Positions 29,820-41,071 are shown, counted from the stretch's first letter. The stretch: 64,000 bases of DNA from Candidatus Poribacteria bacterium (GCA_965215265.1 OZ244048.1:4448001-4512000); one strand, 5' to 3'. Translations and numbers: made by a program. Notes: generated by a model from the sequence alone, not told the origin.

Positions 29820-30755
29820 CTATAACACCTTCAGTTCGTAGAGCGCGTGCTGGAATAACACAACTTTGGCACCATTATTTAAAATCAATTTGATTTCATA
29901 AGGGCTGACCCAATCTATAATTCCGCGAAATATTTCGCCTTCCCGGAGGGTAACCTCAATTAAATCGCCGCGCTTGCGAGCATTCTGCACTGCTTCTGCA
30001 TCCAATAGATACCCCTCTTCTCCTTTTTGTAACGCGGCCAACTTTCGTGCTTTAACAGCCTCATCAATTTCTACAGATGCCTGAACTTTCTCCGCGTCCA
30101 TATCTTTATAACAGTATTTAACATCTGTTTTGATGATAACCTGTTCATTCCCATTGCTATTGAGCGTCAAACTGGTCAGCGTCATTTCTAAGACGATAGC
30201 TGGGAGTTGCACGTCTCTATACAATGCGAAGAACATAGCGGTTTCAAAATTAATCTGCTTGAGGATGTACAAGTCACCGAAACTGAGTTGTTTAGAGGAT
30301 TGCTCAGCTGGTCGACGTGATGAACCTGTGGAGCGAGGGACCTGTTGCTTCGTACTTTCTACCGCTACCGGCGTATCTGTTTTAAGACGACTGCGAGGCT
30401 TAGTCGTCTCCCGGACTGCAATAGAGGGCCCTCCTGCATCGGATGGGATTGGCTCTTCTTCGGCGAGAAATTGCCCTTGGCCCGGGAAGCCTGAGTACCC
30501 CCTTGGGATAATCGCTTTTCCTTGTCGCAGCCATCGCCGTTCCGTAGGTGTCAGTAAGACTTCAACGTTTTGCGCAACTAGCCCTTTTTCGCCTTCAACG
30601 ATGTTATATTTCACTCGTTGTCCGACGCGCAGCTCCTCGTAGTCAGGATGCTTTATGGCTGAACTGTGTAAGAAGACATCAGTATCACTGCTATCTTGCG
30701 CGATAAATCCGAATCCTTTGTCGAAATTGTAATACTTAATCCGTCCTGTAGGCAT
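29820..30755 (-). CDS. cold-shock domain fused to two Hfq/Sm-like domains
   Basis: KGFGFI (RNP1), VFLH (RNP2); linker; two segments matching the Hfq pattern ending QVIIKTDV and VVLFQHAL. Confidence 0.85.
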   Translation of the reverse strand: MPTGRIKYYNFDKGFGFIAQDSSDTDVFLHSSAIKHPDYEELRVGQRVKYNIVEGEKGLVAQNVEVLLTPTERRWLRQGKAIIPRGYSGFPGQGQFLAEEEPIPSDAGGPSIAVRETTKPRSRLKTDTPVAVESTKQQVPRSTGSSRRPAEQSSKQLSFGDLYILKQINFETAMFFALYRDVQLPAIVLEMTLTSLTLNSNGNEQVIIKTDVKYCYKDMDAEKVQASVEIDEAVKARKLAALQKGEEGYLLDAEAVQNARKRGDLIEVTLREGEIFRGIIDWVSPYEIKLILNNGAKVVLFQHALYELKVL

Positions 30756-30991
30756 TGTCTGCTCCTGAAAATCGTCATAAGATGCTTTTTACTGCAATTC
30801 CGAAATAGCTACCGTTCGCTTACCAACCAATCAGGGAACCTTGCTTGGGTACACACGTATTAGACTGAGAAACCGAAGTACTACAGTATAGGCACCAAAC
30901 CATCTGCAAGGCGAGGAGATTGTTCCAATGCATGTGCAAGTTAACAACTTAAACCACAATAACGTACCTATGACAATAGCGGATGTTTCTC

Positions 30992-31123
30992 TTGACATAA
31001 CACCGGTTCCTTTGTAAAATAATTTGTAGTATACGTTTACGAATTGCGTTCTACATCAAAGGGATTTTGCTGGCAAAACCTGACAATACAAAATATTTTA
31101 TAATACGTGACATGATTTGTCAA
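30992..31123. promoter_or_regulatory. face-to-face sigma70 promoters
   Basis: Plus TTGACA-17-TAAAAT at 30992-31020; minus TTGACA-17-TAAAAT at 31123-31095. Confidence 0.7.
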
Positions 31124-31222
31124 GTTTTTTGTTTAGTTCTTCCATTAACCGCGTTTGGTATACCTATTCACCAGAGACTTTTTGGCTAATTCCAAAATAT
31201 CTTTAAAAGGAGAACTTTCATT

Positions 31223-32509
31223 GTGACAGAACTGACACATCACATTCAAACTATCCGTTTGGTTGACACGCATGAGCACATGCGACGCGAAACCGACTGG
31301 GTTGAAAACGGCCCCGATATCCTACAAGATCTGTTTGGTAACTACGTTCCTGCAGATCTCCACACGGCAGGCGCGTCCCCTGAAGCAATGCGGAATCTCA
31401 TGGATGCATCTCAAGATGTCGCAGGACGTTTTGAGGGAATCCGAACTGCGTGGGAATCAACGCAGTTCACCGGTTACGGTGAAGCGGTGCACCTCATTGC
31501 CGAACATATTTACGCACTTGATGAACTTACACCTCAAAAACTCGCCGACGCGCAAGATGAGGTGAAAAAATTTAGAGCCCCTGGTGAACGTTACCGCATC
31601 CTACACGATATCGCCAAACTCGACCATATCCAGACAGACGATTTCAGTTGGCAGTGTGTACCGGATACCTCCGGATTAGATTTTTTCCTTTACGATCTCT
31701 CGTGGGCAACATTCTGCAATGGGCAAGTCGACCCGAGTGCTATTCATGCCGCCACGGGTGTGGATGTCACCAATCTCGCCTCGCTGAAGCACGGAATGGC
31801 AGCAATTTTTGAAAAACATGCACCGTGTGCCATTGCCGTGAAATCGCAGCACGCTTACAACCGCACACTCAATTGGATTGAACGAAGCGACGACGAAGCA
31901 TCAAAAGCACTTAGCGCTGTATTGACGAAACCCACTGCTGAAATTGATGAAGCAACTCGCAATTGCCTCGGCGATTGGTGTTGGGCACGTGGTGTGGAAC
32001 TCACTATAGAACACAATCTGCCGTTCAAAATTCATACGGGTTACTACGCCGGAAACGACAGAATGCCGGTGCGACGTATCCCCGCCGGGAATATGTGTGC
32101 CTTGTTCGCACGTTACTTAGATGCCAAGTTTGTCCTCATGCACATTGCATATCCGTACAACGATGAACTCGTCGCCCTCGCAAAACATTACCGCAACATC
32201 TGGGTTGACTTCTGTTGGGCATGGAGCATAGATCCGTACAGCTCGCGCGATTTCCTGAGACGGTGTATCCATGCTGTTCCATCAAATAAACTTTTCGCTT
32301 TCGGCGGTGACACCGGATGGCCCACCAGCGCGATGGCATACGCTATCCAAGCGAGAAACGAAATCCGACGCGCACTCGAAGCAGAAATCGCTGACGGATA
32401 CCTAACAGAAAAACAGGCAATAGAATTGGCAACGCGAATTATGCACGATAATCAATACGCCTGCTTCGATCTTGAAAGCACGCGGAACAATATCAAAAAA
32501 GCCGCGTGA
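31223..32509 (+). CDS. amidohydrolase-superfamily protein
   Basis: DTHEH, KIHTG, LMHIAYP, VDFCW, FGGD. Confidence 0.9.
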   Translation: MTELTHHIQTIRLVDTHEHMRRETDWVENGPDILQDLFGNYVPADLHTAGASPEAMRNLMDASQDVAGRFEGIRTAWESTQFTGYGEAVHLIAEHIYALDELTPQKLADAQDEVKKFRAPGERYRILHDIAKLDHIQTDDFSWQCVPDTSGLDFFLYDLSWATFCNGQVDPSAIHAATGVDVTNLASLKHGMAAIFEKHAPCAIAVKSQHAYNRTLNWIERSDDEASKALSAVLTKPTAEIDEATRNCLGDWCWARGVELTIEHNLPFKIHTGYYAGNDRMPVRRIPAGNMCALFARYLDAKFVLMHIAYPYNDELVALAKHYRNIWVDFCWAWSIDPYSSRDFLRRCIHAVPSNKLFAFGGDTGWPTSAMAYAIQARNEIRRALEAEIADGYLTEKQAIELATRIMHDNQYACFDLESTRNNIKKAA

Positions 32510-32525
32510 TAACATCGCCAGATAA

Positions 32526-32565
32526 AAGTTTGTAGCAGCAGTGCAAACTCGCTGCTACAAACTTT
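32526..32565. terminator. bidirectional terminator
   Basis: AAAGTTTGTAGCAGC...GCTGCTACAAACTTT hairpin between convergent genes. Confidence 0.8.
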
Positions 32566-33598
32566 ATCGAAAGGCACTGAGACTGGTTGTATAGGGCGGA
32601 CGGGCCACCCCTTTTTCAGTAATAATTGCTGTAACTAATGCCGCCGGGGTCACATCAAATGCAGGGCTATAAACCTTCACCCCTGCAGGGGCAGTGCTCT
32701 TTCCAAAGCCCTCTGTCACTTCTTCAGCAGCGCGCTGTTCAATCGGAATCTCTTCCCCAGTCTGAAGTGAGAAGTCCAACGTTGAAGTTGGTGCAGCAAC
32801 GTAAAAAGGGATATCGTGTGCCTCTGCAAGGATTGCCACATTGTAAGTCCCGATCTTGTTTGCAGTATCACCGTTCGCGGCGATGCGATCTGCACCGACG
32901 ATAACGCATTGGATTTTGCCTTCTTTCATCACTTGTGCCGCCATGTTGTCACAGATTAACGTGACATCTATACCCGCTTGCATCAGTTCCCACGTTGTCA
33001 GGCGTGCACCTTGTAAAAGTGGACGCGTCTCATCTGCGTAAACCTGTATCTGCATGCCGGCTTCCTGTGCGCTGAACATAATTGCCAGTGCGGTACCATA
33101 ATCCGATGTTGCCAAGCCGCCGGCGTTACAATGCGTGAGAATCGTGTCGTTTTCATTCAACAATTCTATACCGTGCTGACCAATTGCCCGACACATCGCC
33201 CTATCTTCCTCAATAATTTCCAACGCTTCAGAGAGTAACACGTTTTTGAGCTCACGAATCTCCAGATGGCTGTTTTTCTCAGCAGCCCGCGTTATCCTAT
33301 CCAGAGCCCAAAAAAGATTAACAGCTGTTGGGCGCGACGTAGCCAAGTAATCTGTTGCCGATTTTAATTCCGCCGCGAATTCCTCGTACGTTGTCGCTGT
33401 GGAGTGCCAAATGCCGAGGACTGCTCCTAATGCGCCTGCAATACCAATCGCAGGTGCACCGCGCACCCGCAACGATTTAATCGCCTCCCATACTGACTGG
33501 AGCTCATCACAATAGATCTGCTTAAATTCAGCGGGCAGCAATGTCTGATCTATCATCCGAATTCTACCATCTGCCCATTCAATAGTTGAAATTGCCAT
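32564..33598 (-). CDS. mtnA: S-methyl-5-thioribose-1-phosphate isomerase
   Basis: VRGAPAIG, SRPTAVNL, THCNAGGLAT, DETRPLLQGARLT, GDTANKIGTY. Confidence 0.96.
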   Translation of the reverse strand: MAISTIEWADGRIRMIDQTLLPAEFKQIYCDELQSVWEAIKSLRVRGAPAIGIAGALGAVLGIWHSTATTYEEFAAELKSATDYLATSRPTAVNLFWALDRITRAAEKNSHLEIRELKNVLLSEALEIIEEDRAMCRAIGQHGIELLNENDTILTHCNAGGLATSDYGTALAIMFSAQEAGMQIQVYADETRPLLQGARLTTWELMQAGIDVTLICDNMAAQVMKEGKIQCVIVGADRIAANGDTANKIGTYNVAILAEAHDIPFYVAAPTSTLDFSLQTGEEIPIEQRAAEEVTEGFGKSTAPAGVKVYSPAFDVTPAALVTAIITEKGVARPPYTTSLSAFR

Positions 33599-33779
33599 GA
33601 TGTCGTTCGTTTTCTTCCTTTAACTTGAACAGGATAGCTCACTCCCACGTTGACAAAATTACCTGCCCGAAGGTACTTCTACGATATATTATACCATTTT
33701 TGAAATCCCATTGCAACCTATTTTAAAGTTAAAAGAAGTTGCTACTTTATCCAAAAAGCCATCCCTGATAACCGCTTCG

Positions 33780-35417
33780 CTATATTGGGCATGTCAAATT
33801 TCCGAGTGTATCTGTCAGTCGCAGATTTTCGGCATAGCTAACAGGACAGTCAATCACAGAGGGGACCTTTTGGCTGAAAGCATCCTTGAGAATTGGGACG
33901 AGTTCGTCACTTGCCTTCACGCTATAGCCCTTCGCTCCGAAAGCCTCGGCGTACTTTACAAAATCCGGGTTTGTGAAATCAATATGTGCCGGTCTGCCGA
34001 AGACGTTCATCTGCTTCCATTCAATCAAGCCGTATGCCTCATCATTGAAAATGAGTGTGACAAATGGCACGCCGGTCCGAACCGCAGTTTCCAATTCCTG
34101 CGAATTCATAAGGAATCCACCATCGCCACACACTGCCAAGCAGTTACGTTCTGGATAAATCAGCTTCGCCACAAAAGCACCTGGTACTGCAATACCCATG
34201 GCGGCGAATCCGTTAGAGATAATGCACGTGTTCGGTTGATAACACGGATACATCCGCGCAATCCACATCTTATGTGCACCGACATCGGAGATTAGAATGT
34301 CATCTTCAGAGAGAACCGAACGAATATCACTTAAGATCTTCTGCGGTTTCATCGGAAACGCCTTATCATCACGGTGCTCCGTGAGCTGCTCCAATATAAT
34401 TTTCCGTAACGTATTTGAGGCGTAAGCCGGGTCTTTCGCCTCAATTTCCTCATTTAAGAGATGCATAAGACTCTGTTTAATGTTGCCTACCATTTCCACA
34501 TCGGTTACGTAAGCTGCATCCGTTTCGCTGGGTTCTGTATCGATATGGATTATTTTTTTATCATGAGTTGGATTCCAGTGGCGCGGATGGTATTCAACAA
34601 TATCATATCCGATCGCAATCACCAGATCTGCCCGGTCAAATCCGCAGGAGACAAAATCGCGCGCTTGTAGCCCTACAGTCAGTAGGGAAAGCGGGTGGGT
34701 CCACGGGATGCTCCCTTTGCCCATAAATGTGTGGGCGACTGGAATATTGGTCTTCTCCGCAAATTGGGTTAGGATTTTGGATGCACCTTGACGAACGGCA
34801 CCGTTTCCAGCAAGGATAATCGGCTGTTTCGCATCTCTAATCAATTGCACCGCACGTTTCAAACAGGCATCGACCGGTTCCGCCTCGCTCGGGAAATCGT
34901 GCGAAAGCGGTTCTGCATCGATTTGCATTTTGGCCACATCTTCCGGAAAATCGATGTGGGTTGCACCCGGTTTTTCACTCGTGGCAACCTTGAACGCTTT
35001 GCTAATTGATTCCGGGATAATCTCCGGCAAATGAATCAACGTGTTCCACTTCGTCATCGGTTTGAACACAGAGACCACATCCATATATTGGTGAGACTCT
35101 TTGTGCATTCGATCTAATCCTGCTTGTCCGGTGATTGCGACTAGAGGTGCCCTATCCATATTAGCATCTGCAACACCTGTGACGAGGTTCATTGCCCCTG
35201 GACCGAGTGTGGCGAGACATACCCCCGGCCTACCCATCAGCCGTCCATAAACATCCGCCATGAACGCTGCACCGCGTTCATCACGCGTCTGAATAAATTC
35301 AATATCCGATGCCAACAAGGCATCCATCAGATCCAGATTTTCCTCGCCCGGTATCCCAAAAATATACTGTACTTTCTCGTTTTCAAGGCATTTAATAGTC
35401 AATTCCGATGCTTTCAT
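33780..35417 (-). CDS. ilvB: acetolactate synthase large subunit (ThDP enzyme)
   Basis: FGIPGEENL, TLGPGA, ITGQ, DVGAHK, GDGGFLMN; ATG 35417 after AGGAG. Confidence 0.88.
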   Translation of the reverse strand: MKASELTIKCLENEKVQYIFGIPGEENLDLMDALLASDIEFIQTRDERGAAFMADVYGRLMGRPGVCLATLGPGAMNLVTGVADANMDRAPLVAITGQAGLDRMHKESHQYMDVVSVFKPMTKWNTLIHLPEIIPESISKAFKVATSEKPGATHIDFPEDVAKMQIDAEPLSHDFPSEAEPVDACLKRAVQLIRDAKQPIILAGNGAVRQGASKILTQFAEKTNIPVAHTFMGKGSIPWTHPLSLLTVGLQARDFVSCGFDRADLVIAIGYDIVEYHPRHWNPTHDKKIIHIDTEPSETDAAYVTDVEMVGNIKQSLMHLLNEEIEAKDPAYASNTLRKIILEQLTEHRDDKAFPMKPQKILSDIRSVLSEDDILISDVGAHKMWIARMYPCYQPNTCIISNGFAAMGIAVPGAFVAKLIYPERNCLAVCGDGGFLMNSQELETAVRTGVPFVTLIFNDEAYGLIEWKQMNVFGRPAHIDFTNPDFVKYAEAFGAKGYSVKASDELVPILKDAFSQKVPSVIDCPVSYAENLRLTDTLGNLTCPI

Positions 35418-35593
35418 ATTAGTCAACGAGTCTCCTGTTAATGCTTTATTATTAATTGAAGTTTGCCTATTCAACTTTCATCTGATATAATATAATGTAA
35501 TAATTATAACATCTCAGTCTTTTTTTAGCAATTTTAAAATCTGCCAATGAGGCGTTTCTGAAGTACCAATTTTTCGTCTACAGAGCCCGAGGA

Positions 35594-38500
35594 ATGCTCC
35601 TTGGCGTGACACGTGGCTTATACCTTTACAATAATTACAATAACGTGAAAAAAACGCATGTGAATCTTTATCTGCTTTTGCTTTTATCCGCTGCCCTCTC
35701 CATTCTTGGGCAAAACCTACGAGCAGAACAAGTTGTCCAGAGTCCATCCGACACAACACTGTATCAGACCTCCCATGAATTAATTGTGCGGATCCGTGCA
35801 GATACAGACGAGGCGAAGCTACGCACCGTGAGTGCACAACTGGGGGCATCTGCTATCCATCCTGTTTTTTCGCCCCATACCCCTGCCGGTGTACACCCTC
35901 GCCTTCGACGTAATTATCTCATACAGTTTTCCAAACGTTCCATCATACAAAGTACACGCGAACTGCGCAAAAAATACGAAAACTACCAATGGGTGGAAGC
36001 CGTTCAGATGAACTCGCTAAACCAGTTTTTTGCAGAAACAGAATCTAAGGTTACGCCTACAGACCCGGATTACGCAAAGCAGTGGAACCTGAGAATGCTG
36101 AATCTCCCGAAAGCATGGGCAATTGAGCAGGGCGCTCCATCCGTCATCATTGCTGTTGTCGATAGTGGACTTGACATGCAGCATCCTGATCTTCGTTCCC
36201 AACTCTGGCAAAATCGGGGTGAAATACCGGACAACGGTATTGACGATGATGAAAACGGGTACGTTGACGATGTTAAGGGGTGGGATTTTAGCGATGCACC
36301 TACAATGCAAGGGCGCGGCGATTGGACAGAGCGCGACAATCGCCCCGATGACGAAACTGGGCACGGCACCCATGTCGCCGGCATCATCGCTGCCGAACCT
36401 AACAACGGCATTGGTATCGCCGGAGTCGCATGGAACTGCCGACTCATGACTCTCAGAGCAGGCTTTGTTGCAGGTGCTGGGGCGTTTTTACAGAGCGACG
36501 ATGTCGCTGCTGCGATCGTTTATGCCGCTGATAACGGCGCGCAAATCATCAATATGAGCTGGGGCGACCCGGTCAACGTCTTCATTGTGCAAGATGCCGT
36601 TGAATACGCTTATCAGCGCGGGTGTATATTGGTGGCAGCTGCCGGCAACAGCGGTGAAGCTAGCTCTTATTATCCTGCCGCACTGAAATCTGTTATCTCC
36701 GTTGCTGCCCTACAACAAAACGGTCAGCTATGGGGAAATTCTCACTTTGGTGCGACAGTCGATATTGCCGCCCCAGGCGATGAAATTTTCAGTACGGTGC
36801 CCGGTGGAAATTACCGGACCAGATCCGGCACCTCAATGGCTGCGCCGCACGTAGCTGGTGTAACGGCCCTAATACTTTCGACGAATTCGACCTGCCCGAA
36901 CAAGGAAATTCTTCAGTTACTCACTGCAGGTTCACTATATCCACTTGATAGCCTTGGCGGCACCGGTCTACTTGATGCCCATATTGTTCTCATCTCTTCA
37001 ACTGGACTCATCGCGCAACTTGATGTGAAACAAGGGGTTGCAATGCAGAATAACGGTGCAGAAACGCCACGCTCAGTCAATAAAATAGAAATCTTTGGCA
37101 GTGCCGGCGGCACTCGATTTGTCGAATACCACCTCGAGTTCGGAAAGGGCGAAACGCCCGACTTCTGGTATCCTCTCGGAACGTCACATAAGCAGCCGAG
37201 GTTTAATGCCCTCCTCTACGAGTGGGACGTTTCTTATTTGGCAGAAGGCAAGTACACCCTACGTCTCCGCGTTCAACCCGAAACGGGAATTACCGTCACT
37301 GACAAAGCAGTTGTTGAAGTCAGTCGTACTCCACCGGCTATTTCCAAACATGAATCAGAAGGATGGTTTGTGCAGCATCGGATTGAGAATGTTATTATCT
37401 GGCAAACAGATGTGTTGACTATCGGAGCAATAGAGATTGGAGCTGTTGATGTTCTTTCCGTGCTGCAACGCAATGATCTGAACACACGAATAGTACGCTC
37501 AGATTCAGTGAATACACGACACCTGATAGACGTATCCGATTTAGGGTTACCCCCAGGCGAATACTTGTACCGTCTTATCGCACAAAATCGTGCCGGAATT
37601 CAGACATTTGATGACAATAACGGAGAGCTCTATCAAATCACCATGCGTGATGATTACATTCAGCAATCTTACTTGACTCAGGTGGCTTCTCTTAATCGCA
37701 GTTTGCACGCCATTAAGGGAGCAGACATGAATGCAAACGGCAAAATAGAACTCATCACAACGAAGATAGAGGCAGTTGGCTGGACACCTCCGCACGTTTT
37801 TGAGATGGATACTAACGGAGAATACCAGAAACTCTTTACGCTACTGGAACCGATGTACCCGTGGGAAACTGCCGATACAGATATGGATGGGCTCTTTGAA
37901 ATATTGGGTAACGCGTCTGCCGGAACGTTTTTGTTAGAGCAAGCCGAGCCGGGTAAATTTCCGACAGAACGCATCTGGAACGTACCTGAATTATGGGGCG
38001 GAAAAATCGCTGAATTAGATGGAGACGGGACACCCGAAATCTTTTCACGGCACACGCCTACCGAGGCTATCGCCGTCTATGAAGCTGCTGGAAATAATAG
38101 GTATCACAACACCGCGATGCTGAAAAATCCGACACGAGGCAGCAATATCATCGGAACAAATTTTGCCACCGGTGATTTTGATGGCGATGGACGTACGGAA
38201 ATTTTAGCAGGGGACACCGATGCAGATATCTTTGTATACGAAGCAGTTGGAGATAACCAGTACCGACAGAAATGGTACGGCACGCTCACCGAGGGCATAC
38301 CGCAACTCTTTGCTGCAGGAGATATGGATGGCGATGGACGTGATGAGTTCGCTGTTGGCGCAAAGACATGGACAGCCGATTCTGATCCGGCGCGCCACCA
38401 TTGGCGCATCACTCTCTTTAGTGCAGATACACCACAAAAAAACGGTCATTATCGCCCTGCATGGACCCAAAGAATTCGAAATGCCAACAGTGGAGGGAAC

Positions 38501-39583
38501 GGTATTACAATCGCTGACGCTGACAACGACGGTAGAAACGAATTATGTATCGCTGTCCCGCCCAATTTCTATCTCATTCAACACGATGGAACGGACTACG
38601 TCCCTATCTGGCATCATTCCGCCAGCAGCACTTTAAATCCAATCGTCGCAGACCTGGACAGCGACGGCATGAATGAACTCCTATTTAGTGAAAATCAACG
38701 CTTGTCTGTTTTCAATCGAGAGCCCGCACAGCAATCATTCTTGTCTGCACCTTGGGGTATTACTGCAAAGCCTATTGACGAAACCTCCGTTCGTATTGAA
38801 TGGCACGCATCGCCCAATGCACAAACGCATACTATCTACCGTGGATGCACGGCAGAATCGCTTGTTCTGCACGCCATAACCAAAGAAGAATTAACGAAAC
38901 ATTTTATAGATACGGGGCTCAAGACCGGCGAAACCTATTGGTACGCGCTTGCGTCACAAAACTCATATGGACACCCCTCGCCGAAATCTAAACCGGTACC
39001 TGTCATGCCAACCGCGCAGCCGAGGCTGACTTCGGCAAGGTACTCGCCACCCAACCAACTCGCATTACGATTTGATAAATCGATGGAAAGCAGAGCAGCG
39101 CACCCTGGGCGGTACCTGTTGCGAAAACTTGACCCTGCAGATGTTATCAACAGCACTTTTACGCCGCAATCCGCCATTCTTGATAAGTCACGACAGCGAG
39201 TTATCCTAACATTTCCTGCGAGTACCTTTCAGTTATCCAATCGCTACCGAATTGAAACGCTACAACTGAGCGACATACACGGGGCACCCATCGCAGAAGA
39301 TGCAAAGATGCTAACGCTAACCCTCGGTACACAGACACTCACAGACGCAATTGTCTATCCAAATCCAACCCGGTGCAACCAGATTACGTTTGATAAATTA
39401 CCTGAGGGAACCCGCATCGGCATCTACGATTTAGAGGGCAACCGGATCTCCGTGCTTACCACAAAAGCCATTGATCAGGGCAGAAAGGTTTGGCATCCAA
39501 TCAATATCAGCAGTGGCATTTATATCTATGTCCTTGAAACGGATGCGGCGCGGCGCGTGGGTAAACTTGCTATAATCCGCTGA
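35594..39583 (+). CDS. secreted S8 subtilase with FG-GAP repeats, FN3, Ig-like and T9SS-type C-terminal domain
   Basis: VVDSG, HGTHVAG, GTSMAAPHV triad; DFDGDG repeats; C-terminal VYPNP...IYDLEG...SSGIYIY...KLAIIR. True start uncertain. Confidence 0.93.
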   Translation: MLLGVTRGLYLYNNYNNVKKTHVNLYLLLLLSAALSILGQNLRAEQVVQSPSDTTLYQTSHELIVRIRADTDEAKLRTVSAQLGASAIHPVFSPHTPAGVHPRLRRNYLIQFSKRSIIQSTRELRKKYENYQWVEAVQMNSLNQFFAETESKVTPTDPDYAKQWNLRMLNLPKAWAIEQGAPSVIIAVVDSGLDMQHPDLRSQLWQNRGEIPDNGIDDDENGYVDDVKGWDFSDAPTMQGRGDWTERDNRPDDETGHGTHVAGIIAAEPNNGIGIAGVAWNCRLMTLRAGFVAGAGAFLQSDDVAAAIVYAADNGAQIINMSWGDPVNVFIVQDAVEYAYQRGCILVAAAGNSGEASSYYPAALKSVISVAALQQNGQLWGNSHFGATVDIAAPGDEIFSTVPGGNYRTRSGTSMAAPHVAGVTALILSTNSTCPNKEILQLLTAGSLYPLDSLGGTGLLDAHIVLISSTGLIAQLDVKQGVAMQNNGAETPRSVNKIEIFGSAGGTRFVEYHLEFGKGETPDFWYPLGTSHKQPRFNALLYEWDVSYLAEGKYTLRLRVQPETGITVTDKAVVEVSRTPPAISKHESEGWFVQHRIENVIIWQTDVLTIGAIEIGAVDVLSVLQRNDLNTRIVRSDSVNTRHLIDVSDLGLPPGEYLYRLIAQNRAGIQTFDDNNGELYQITMRDDYIQQSYLTQVASLNRSLHAIKGADMNANGKIELITTKIEAVGWTPPHVFEMDTNGEYQKLFTLLEPMYPWETADTDMDGLFEILGNASAGTFLLEQAEPGKFPTERIWNVPELWGGKIAELDGDGTPEIFSRHTPTEAIAVYEAAGNNRYHNTAMLKNPTRGSNIIGTNFATGDFDGDGRTEILAGDTDADIFVYEAVGDNQYRQKWYGTLTEGIPQLFAAGDMDGDGRDEFAVGAKTWTADSDPARHHWRITLFSADTPQKNGHYRPAWTQRIRNANSGGNGITIADADNDGRNELCIAVPPNFYLIQHDGTDYVPIWHHSASSTLNPIVADLDSDGMNELLFSENQRLSVFNREPAQQSFLSAPWGITAKPIDETSVRIEWHASPNAQTHTIYRGCTAESLVLHAITKEELTKHFIDTGLKTGETYWYALASQNSYGHPSPKSKPVPVMPTAQPRLTSARYSPPNQLALRFDKSMESRAAHPGRYLLRKLDPADVINSTFTPQSAILDKSRQRVILTFPASTFQLSNRYRIETLQLSDIHGAPIAEDAKMLTLTLGTQTLTDAIVYPNPTRCNQITFDKLPEGTRIGIYDLEGNRISVLTTKAIDQGRKVWHPINISSGIYIYVLETDAARRVGKLAIIR

Positions 39584-39670
39584 AGCGTTTAGTGTAAGCC
39601 TATTTGCAGCAAGGCACAGCGAAACAATGCAAGGCACTAAACTGAAAATAGCGAAAAAAAGGCTCATCCG

Positions 39671-39830
39671 TCACTCCGATACAAATTGGTAATTATTCTG
39701 ATATAAAGCTTCCTGTCCGGACTCCAAGGCGGATTGTTGGATTTCTCGGAGCATCTCAATATGATCTTGGAGTGCTGCTATAGGTTCAGGGTAGTCGAAT
39801 TTGGAGAGGAGTCTTAGCTGTGCTTCCAAA
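39671..39830 (-). pseudogene. C-terminal gene remnant
   Basis: Reads LEAQLRLLSKFDYPEPIAALQDHIEMLREIQQSALESGQEALYQNNYQFVSE* directly after the truncated leader repeat; no start. Confidence 0.4.
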
Positions 39831-39936
39831 TCTCATCACGTGCGCCGTTGCTAATTCAATAATGTGCAATCTCTATGACAATTCACCGCACTATAAAGTA
39901 GACATCGAAAATGCGTGAGTGCCGCAAGGCAAAACC
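39824..39936 (-). repeat. leader repeat copy D (partial; sigma54 site mutated)
   Basis: Near-identical to 46083-46194; TTGTCATAGAGATTGCA at 39881-39865. Confidence 0.85.
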
Positions 39937-39957
39937 GATTCCTCCAATCGGTTACTT

Positions 39958-40065
39958 CCAGATGTACCAGGCTTCTCCTGGATAATCCACGTCGACTTGA
40001 ATCCAAGCAGTAGTTTTCAACGTGCCAGCTTCATCTTCAGACTTCCGTCTCCCGAACACCCCATG
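39958..40065 (-). pseudogene. internal fragment of the secreted protein at 42799-43353
   Basis: Near-identical to 43129-43236. Confidence 0.85.
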
Positions 40066-40821
40066 CTAAGGTAGGTCTAAAAATGTGTAGGGATGGATAC
40101 CCCCTTCTTCATAGGAAAGCGCTTTTATGTCTAATGGAATGTCCGCTTCGGTGAAACGGACTCCTCTCTCCTCTTCAATAGCTCGAATCCGATCGCAAGC
40201 ATCTGGATCGCCTGACATGTCGCTGATATATTTTCTACGGCCATTGTCTGCCCATTCTACATAGACGGTGTCTGAAATCATTGGGTATACCAAGCCGTTC
40301 TCCATTATAGACCCCATAACATCTACCCCTTGATGTGCCAGTTTTATCTCAACGCGTGCCATGAGTTCATGGTTTGCGGAGATGCATGGCCATGTCTCAT
40401 CGATGGGCCATCCTGCAGGCAATTCGGGATAGGGTCCAAAGCCATAGGGCGAGACCGGTACATCAACTGAGTCTTCATCACCTGTCGCGGTAGATTTAAA
40501 ACCATCCACCGAATCTGTGTGAGCCTCCGATTCCATCGGCGGCGTGTCTGTGCCAGCTACTCCCTCGGGCGTGTCATTAGTTTCAAGAGGCATAGTTTCC
40601 GCTTGTCTAGGGACCTCGGTATCTGTCGGAACACCAACATCTTATGCGGTGCGTGTTTCTTTTTTCGTTTCTAGCTGCTGTAGAAACTGCTGGTGTTTCG
40701 CGTCCGCGTCCTGAATGGCACGGTTTTCATGCCATCTATAGAAGAGGCTTCCGCCAACCATGAGAATGCAAAAAAAGAGACAGACGAGGACCCCTTTATT
40801 TGTGAGAATGTCGCGTAGCAT
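40066..40821 (-). pseudogene. SPYGFGPYPELP-family membrane-anchored protein with in-frame stop
   Basis: MLRDILTNKGVLVCLFFCILMVGG from ATG 40821; in-frame TAA at 40644-40642; continues into ORF 40066-40593. Confidence 0.85.
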
Positions 40822-41071
40822 AAGTCACTCCATAGGGTTATAATTCCCCAGAAGGGAATCGGTTAAAAATCGTAAAGAGACTTCCGTTTTCAAGTTAAGG
40901 CGCTGCATTGTCAAAAGGCATCAGAAGGTTTTTCGAGAACGTGAAAATGCGTTTGTGAATACTAGCTGAGCCGGTATCAGACTCTCCATAAAGGATTGAA
41001 ATGCACCTTCACTTCATTCTCTACGTCCTAGAAGTAGTCCCGTTCCATCAATCAGCGGATGTCTTAAAATA

